Shown one piece after another: positions 58,841-64,000 of a DNA stretch of 64,000 nucleotides (positions are counted from its first letter, which is position 1; every line of letters begins with the position of its first letter). The stretch comes from Chloroflexota bacterium (lineage in GTDB: Bacteria; Chloroflexota; UBA11872; VXOZ01): NCBI GenBank assembly GCA_965261635.1, contig OZ253463.1, positions 931,448-995,447 on the forward strand, in the 5' to 3' direction. The position numbers were made by a program, and so were the translations under genes. The notes beneath the pieces were generated by a model that made no database searches, had not been told where the DNA came from, and saw only the letters and a program-made list of their open reading frames with translations.

Positions 58841-60133
58841 ATGCCGTATCTTGGGTACGGCTGGGACCGGCAGGACCCGTTTCTGGGTGTCAATGACGAT
58901 CTGTGGGCGAAGGCGCTTGTGATAGACGACGGGGAACGGGTGGCAGCGCTCATTGCTTGCGATATGATCGGGTTTCCACCGGCAGCGTTCGCTGCAGCGG
59001 TGCGCGCCCAGGTGGCGACTCATACCGCCATCCCCGGCGAACACGTGATGCTCAGCGCCAGCCACACCCACAGCAGTCACGCCTCCATTGACCTCTCCAC
59101 CCTCGATCTGGAATGGCCGTGGGTGCAAGACCTCTTACAAAGCCTGGCGGGGGCAGCGATTGCCGCGTGGCAGCGGCGGGAGCCGGCATCGATCAAGGTG
59201 CGTTCCGGTGAAATCCATGGCATTTCAGAAAACCGGCGGGTAGTACGGAGCGACGGCAAAGTGTACCGCAATTGGGATCGAACCGCATCTGCTGAGGTGG
59301 TGCGGCGCGGCCCGATAGACCCGGAGGTGGGCGTGCTGCTGGCCCAGCGCCCTGATGGATCGCCCCTGGCGGTGCTCTGCAACTTTACGGCACATCCCAT
59401 TTGCGCCATGAGCCAGCCGCTCGTGTCGGCGGACTTTCCGGGCTTTGCGACGGCTGCGGTGGAGGCGGCCTTGGGGCCGGGCGTGACGGCGTTGTTTACG
59501 CAAGGCGCGTGCGGCGACGTCAATCCGCCGGTGGTGCGGCGCAACGTTCGCGATGCGCGCGAGATCGGGTTGCAGCTTGCCGGAGAGGTGCTGCGCGTGG
59601 CGGGTTCATTGTTACCGGAGGAAGTATCGCCCGTTGAACGGCGCGTTCAGATTGCTTCTAAGCACGTGAATTGGGCCTACCGCACGGATTTGCCTCCGCA
59701 AGACGAGGCAGCGCGCGCCTATGCCGCAGCGACGGCTGAGATTGAGCAACTGAGGCGTGATGGTGCAGCGGAAGCAGACATTCGCAGGAAAGCGAATGAG
59801 CACCGCTTGGTGCGGGAGCAATTCGGACTCACCCGCAACGTTGCGCGCCGAGAAGAGGGCGAGATTCAGCTCTTAGCGATCGGGGATAGTGCGTGGGTGG
59901 GAGTGCCCGGTGAGTTGTTCTGCCAAATTGGGCTCGACATAAAGGAACAATCACCCTTTGCCCACACGTATGTCGTTGGCTACGCGAACTGCTACCAAGG
60001 ATACTTCCCAACGCCAATTGCCTACGAGGAAGGCGGCTACGAGGTGAACATGGGCCGCTGGAGTCGCTTCACCGCCGCCGCAGGCGAGAGCGTGCAGGAG
60101 ACTGCCTTAGACCTCCTGCACAAGATTGGCTAA
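58841..60133 (+). CDS. Neutral/alkaline ceramidase-like N-terminal-domain hydrolase
   Basis: GYG...G.NDDLWAKALVIDDGERVAALIACDMIGF, SASHTHS. Family-like sequence QVGVARTCITPKVG continues in frame upstream of the first ATG, so the start is unresolved. Confidence 0.75.
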   Translation: MPYLGYGWDRQDPFLGVNDDLWAKALVIDDGERVAALIACDMIGFPPAAFAAAVRAQVATHTAIPGEHVMLSASHTHSSHASIDLSTLDLEWPWVQDLLQSLAGAAIAAWQRREPASIKVRSGEIHGISENRRVVRSDGKVYRNWDRTASAEVVRRGPIDPEVGVLLAQRPDGSPLAVLCNFTAHPICAMSQPLVSADFPGFATAAVEAALGPGVTALFTQGACGDVNPPVVRRNVRDAREIGLQLAGEVLRVAGSLLPEEVSPVERRVQIASKHVNWAYRTDLPPQDEAARAYAAATAEIEQLRRDGAAEADIRRKANEHRLVREQFGLTRNVARREEGEIQLLAIGDSAWVGVPGELFCQIGLDIKEQSPFAHTYVVGYANCYQGYFPTPIAYEEGGYEVNMGRWSRFTAAAGESVQETALDLLHKIG

Positions 60134-60256
60134 TTGCTGTTGCCCTACATACTGGGCCAAGCTGGCACTCAATGTCATTCCTGTAAGTGTTGACTAACTC
60201 GTTGACAGAATCGTCAAAGCGGCTTATACCATGGAAAGTGAGACATGTTCGGCTCC

Positions 60257-60284
60257 GTCATTCCCGCGAAAGCGGGAATCCATC
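60257..60284 (+). repeat. REP family A hairpin (gtcaTTCCCGCgaaaGCGGGAAtccatc)
   Basis: Perfect 7-bp stem and GAAA loop. Inverted partner at 60630-60657. Confidence 0.8.
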
Positions 60285-60629
60285 TTCGCTACATCCCCTG
60301 GATCCCGGCTTCCGACGGAGTGTGGATTGTAGTGCCGCCTACCATGTTCGTCTTTGATGCATGAGTTTTCACTACTCTTGACAGAACTACCTAATGGGTA
60401 AGGCAGCCGATAGATAGCCATCAGTGTCTTGGCCTTTCATATTCCCATTCTGTCAGCGAATTGCCTGACACTTATAATTCCAAGCGAAAGCGACCAATCT
60501 CAAGTGTTTGTAGGGGATACAGGCTTGCTTTGCTTCTCGAGGCTGTTTCGGACAGCAAAGTAGCAAAGAAGACGTGAGCTCTTGGCTGCTCGCCACCCTG
60601 TGTTGTAGCATGAGCCGGCATTGCGTGAA

Positions 60630-60657
60630 GATGGATTCCCGCCTGCGCGGGAATGAC
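60630..60657 (-). repeat. REP family A hairpin, inverted orientation (gatggaTTCCCGCctgcGCGGGAAtgac)
   Basis: Reverse complement matches the 60257 element outside the loop. Confidence 0.8.
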
Positions 60658-60777
60658 GGTCAAGTGTCAGCACGACCATGGCGAGGGGGCATCTGTATCT
60701 TACGCGTAGAGTTAGCAAACCATGGCAACTGACTCAGTGCGTGAACGCGCGTGCCTGCGGTTAATCAAGCTGGAAGC

Positions 60778-61209
60778 TCACTCCTGCACCACGTCCAACT
60801 CGGTAAGAATAGTTGGGCCGCCTGCGAGCGTGCGATGTACCGGGCAGCGCTCGGCAATTTGCAGGAGCCGCTCGCACTGTGCCGCGTCCAGCACGCCGGT
60901 GACGACGATGTAGCGCCGTATGAGGTCGATCTTAGACTTGCTCTGGTCTTCGCACTCTTCGCAGTCGCGGGCGTGCACGCGCTCGTGACTGAGTTCCACC
61001 TTGACCGCTTGGAGCTTCCACTCCTTCCTGTCGGCATACAGCCGCAGCGTCATTGCCGTTCAGGTACCCAGCGCGGCCAGCAGGAATTCATAGGGGTTGG
61101 GTCCGAGATTTTCGCCCTCAGGCGCAGGCTCGTCCGCAATTAGGGCGTGCGAATCGGTGACGACGACGTGTTGCAGTCGTTCGAGACTCTTGATTGCTAC
61201 CGTCTGCAT
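60778..61209 (-). CDS. OsmC-family peroxiredoxin-like protein with in-frame TGA at the first catalytic Cys (putative selenoprotein)
   Basis: Own translation: [66 protein letters not shown]...AERCPVHRTL... TGA at 61062-61060 is in frame with both halves. AGGAGG lies 8 nt upstream of ATG 61209. Confidence 0.75.
61028..61047 (-). other. Candidate SECIS hairpin for the OsmC-like gene
   Basis: mRNA CUGCGGC-UGUAU-GCCG(A)CAG (7 bp with one bulge) begins 12 nt after the UGA. Confidence 0.4.
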
Positions 61210-61281
61210 GGCATATCCTCCTGATCTGCATCTGTTTCCGTGTCGTTGGGCCTTGGAGCAAAATTGGGAGGTGCACGAGGC

Positions 61282-62550
61282 TCACATGGCGGACATGAGC
61301 TTCGTGCCGAACTCCTCAGGATCGCTTCGTTCAATTACCAGGTCTGTCGCGTCATGGAACCGCATGAAATCGCGCATGGCGCGGGCAACCGACGCCGCAA
61401 GCCGATCGCTCGGCTTTACGCCTGGTTCGAGATAGACCGCCTTCAGCCGGAGCAGACCGGTCTTTCGTTCAACCTTTGGATCGAAGCGGCCGACCAGCCG
61501 CCTCTTGTTCAAGATTGGCAGGCAGAAGTACCCCCATTTTCGCTCCGGCGCGGGCACGTAGCATTCCAACTTCTGATGAAAGTTCCACATGGCGCGGTCG
61601 CGGCCTCTGGCCCAAAAGAGACTATCGAATGGATTAAGAAACGTCGTCCGACGAACGCGCAGGGCGCCATCCGCCGCAGCATCCAGCAGCGGCAGGTGTT
61701 CACGGTGCACCAGGAGTTCGTGCGTTTCCCCGTCTGCCAGTTGGGCTTGGATGGTGACGAACGTGCCGTCCGCGATCAGCGCCGCCACTAGTGGCTTTGC
61801 TACGGTAGACTTCAGCTTGAGGTAGTTGCCGACTTGGCCCGGTGCGCAGACGCCGAGCGCCCGCATGGAAATCTCCAGCAAGCGCTTTAGAGCCTTCTCT
61901 TCAGACGGCTCTTCTCGTTCAACCCAGGATGGCAGCACACGCTCACGGATGTCGTAGATGCGCTGGAAATTCACGCGGTTGGAAATAGCGAGTTCGCCAG
62001 TGTTGTAGAGGTGTTCCAGGACAACCTTCGCGTCATCCCAGTTCCACCATGAACCGGGCGCTCGCTTGCCGGTGCGAAAGTCCGCCGGTCGGGAGCCCCC
62101 GCGGTCCCGCACTGCTTCGTAGATGTTTTCGACCAACTGCTGTTTCTCAGGATTTGCAACCCAATTCTTATACCACTTATTGTTGCCCGGCCTGTGACTG
62201 CGCATGCGCGGCGTAAAATACGGGTAGAGGTTCAAGGGGATGATGCAGGCCGCGTGCGCCCAGTACTCGAACAGGCGACGGTTGTTGTCGGGCGACGTGT
62301 TGCCGTCATCGAAAAGCAGCTTATCGAGCAGGTTAGTGTCGTAACTGCCCAGCCTGCTCCAGAGCGTGAGGTATTGTGCACGGTTGACGACTTGCAGCGT
62401 GTCGATCTGTACCCAGCCCACACGCTCTATCGCCGCGTAGACATCCTCGATTCCCGGCCGGGAGCCTCCGCCCAGCGACCGGCCCAGTCCTTGGGCATGC
62501 AGTGCGAGCGTAAGAACTGCATACAGCGGATAGGGCGACCGCGCACTCAT
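61282..62550 (-). CDS. Winged-helix DUF1006 protein (YcaQ/AlkZ-type interstrand-crosslink DNA glycosylase family)
   Basis: VGWVQIDTLQVVNRAQYLTLWSRLG, FEYWAHAACIIP, FDPLFW-like NPFDSLFWAR, WEVY-like WNFH..ECYVPAP. Confidence 0.75.
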   Translation of the reverse strand: MSARSPYPLYAVLTLALHAQGLGRSLGGGSRPGIEDVYAAIERVGWVQIDTLQVVNRAQYLTLWSRLGSYDTNLLDKLLFDDGNTSPDNNRRLFEYWAHAACIIPLNLYPYFTPRMRSHRPGNNKWYKNWVANPEKQQLVENIYEAVRDRGGSRPADFRTGKRAPGSWWNWDDAKVVLEHLYNTGELAISNRVNFQRIYDIRERVLPSWVEREEPSEEKALKRLLEISMRALGVCAPGQVGNYLKLKSTVAKPLVAALIADGTFVTIQAQLADGETHELLVHREHLPLLDAAADGALRVRRTTFLNPFDSLFWARGRDRAMWNFHQKLECYVPAPERKWGYFCLPILNKRRLVGRFDPKVERKTGLLRLKAVYLEPGVKPSDRLAASVARAMRDFMRFHDATDLVIERSDPEEFGTKLMSAM

Positions 62551-64000
62551 GAGCGGGGCATTGATTCCGGCAGTGAGCGTGCCGCGACATCATCTGGAAG
62601 GCCGTTTGTGGATGGGTCGGCCTCGCGCGCGTAGAGCGACAGCACGCCGACCTCATGTTTCCGCGCCGGCGGCCGCCAATGTGCTCGACGTTCCTCTAGG
62701 ATTCGCTCGATTTCCTCAGGAGACCGCCGCTCGCCTCGGACGCCCACAATCGCCAACGAGCGCGCTGGCACGTCAATCGAGATGAGGTCGTCACTTTCCA
62801 CCAATGCGAGCGGACCCCCCAAGGCGGCTTCGGGCATTACGTGACCGATAGCCGGGCCTTTAGCTGCGCCGGAGTACCGTCCGTCGGTGATGATGGCGGT
62901 GCTGGCTTCCAAGTCGGGCCGGGCAGAGATAACGGTGGTGCAGAAGTACATCTCCGGCATGCCGGAAGAACGCAGCCCTTCATAGCGGATAATCATGATG
63001 TCGCCCGGCTTAATCTCGTCACTCTTCACGCCTGCGATGGCGTCGTCCTCGCAATCATAGGGCACCGCGCGTCCGACCATCTGATGGGTGCGCGGATCGG
63101 CGGCAACATGCTTCATCACCGCTCCCTCAGGCGCCAGGTTGCCGGTGAGCACGGCAATCGTGCCGCCCGACTTGTAGGGCCGCTCGATCGGATAGAGCAC
63201 TTCGTCCTTGCGCAGACCGTGGTTCTCTAAATAGCCCGCAATTTCGTCAAACCAGCCGGATTGCTCCAGGTCTACGAGGTTCTCACCGATGGTTTTGCCG
63301 GTCACCGTGAGGCAATCAAGGTAGAGAAAGTCTTTAACTTCCTGCATTAACGCCGGCACGCCGCCGCAATACCAGACATATTCCACCGGATGGGTGCCGT
63401 AGGTCTTCACGTTGGTCAGCACCGGCACCTTCCTGCCGATCTCGTCAAACTGCTGCGGGCGGATTTCGATGCCCACTTCTTGGGCAATTGCCGGCAGGTG
63501 GAGCAGAAGGTTGGTGGAGCCGCCGACCGCGGCGTGAAGGACGAGGGCATTATGGAACGCCTCCGGCGTCAGGATGTCGCGGGGCCGGATGTTCTTCTCC
63601 AGCAAGGTCATCACCTGCTCGCCCGCATCGCGGGCCATGCGGGTGAGTTCGCGCAGCGGGGCCGGAATGAGCGCGCTCCCGGGCAGCGCTAGACCCAATG
63701 CCTCGCTAATCACCTGGTTGCTGCTGGCGGTTCCCATGAACTGACAGGAACCGGGTGTAGGACAGGCGTGCTTCTGCTTGGCAATCAGCTCTTCCTCGGT
63801 GATCTGTCCTTTGTCGCGCATAATGCCCAGCGGATACATCAGTTCGGAGGACATGTTGCAGGGGCCGTTGGTCTGCGTGCCGCCGGGGATGTGGATTGCC
63901 GGGAGGTTCACGCGCGCCATGGCCATCAGGTGGCCGGGCACGGCCTTATCGGCAGTGGAGATGCAGACCATGGCGTCGTGCGGGTGGGCCAGAGCGTGAA
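62547..64000 (-). CDS. IlvD/Edd-family dehydratase (divergent), N-terminus beyond right edge
   Basis: ADKAVPGHLMA (signature 1 with Cys->Ala), PGSCQFMGTA, GGSTN, IITDGRYSGAAKG. The frame stays open to base 64000. ATGA overlap with the downstream gene. Confidence 0.85.
   Translation of the reverse strand, partial: HALAHPHDAMVCISTADKAVPGHLMAMARVNLPAIHIPGGTQTNGPCNMSSELMYPLGIMRDKGQITEEELIAKQKHACPTPGSCQFMGTASSNQVISEALGLALPGSALIPAPLRELTRMARDAGEQVMTLLEKNIRPRDILTPEAFHNALVLHAAVGGSTNLLLHLPAIAQEVGIEIRPQQFDEIGRKVPVLTNVKTYGTHPVEYVWYCGGVPALMQEVKDFLYLDCLTVTGKTIGENLVDLEQSGWFDEIAGYLENHGLRKDEVLYPIERPYKSGGTIAVLTGNLAPEGAVMKHVAADPRTHQMVGRAVPYDCEDDAIAGVKSDEIKPGDIMIIRYEGLRSSGMPEMYFCTTVISARPDLEASTAIITDGRYSGAAKGPAIGHVMPEAALGGPLALVESDDLISIDVPARSLAIVGVRGERRSPEEIERILEERRAHWRPPARKHEVGVLSLYAREADPSTNGLPDDVAARSLPESMPRS

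Noticed and set aside
31038-60657. Considered whether the recurring hairpins form a CRISPR array.
   Set aside because: Copies are dispersed over the whole window, occur in both orientations, and have no regular repeat-spacer periodicity. No cas genes are present.
1-64000. Scan for tRNA, rRNA and tmRNA-like sequences (T-loop GGTTCGAAT/GTTCAAATC motifs, 16S/23S signatures).
   Set aside because: No convincing T-arm or acceptor combinations, or rRNA-like stretches, were seen.

Overview
High-GC bacterial chromosomal window, dense in housekeeping and metabolic genes: rho, mutS, nrdJ, dcd, proA, nfo, tsaC, a proVWX-type betaine ABC transporter, a GAF histidine kinase with two response regulators, and sugar/sulfatase/amidohydrolase genes. 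Gene content and repeat style suggest a Chloroflexota-like organism, but this is inference only. I found no rRNA, tRNA or CRISPR array. Points beyond routine annotation: (1) A three-gene operon at 34.9-40.2 kb encodes a tandem AAA_5 ATPase whose Walker B aspartates are both Asn, a VWA/MIDAS protein with a long acidic linker, and a CPBP-like membrane protein lacking catalytic residues. This is my best candidate for an uncharacterised system. (2) Two genes missed by stop-to-stop ORF calling have an in-frame TGA exactly at the redox cysteine: a SelW/Rdx-like CxxU protein and an OsmC-like protein. Both are probably selenoproteins. (3) A visibly AT-richer accessory island at 44.3-48.9 kb carries an intact REP-associated tyrosine transposase (RAYT) next to a Phd/VapC toxin-antitoxin pair, a decayed tandem copy of that cassette, and an AlbA_2/Schlafen-HATPase_c_4 protein with an unusual C-terminus. 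(4) Intergenic regions hold several families of GC-rich palindromic REP-like hairpins, inverted doublets and two MITE-like elements. Both RAYT copies also carry a perfect 28-bp palindrome inside the coding sequence. (5) phoU is broken by two compensating 1-nt indels in G runs. Coordinates of motifs were indexed by hand and all homology calls rest on motif recognition, not searches.
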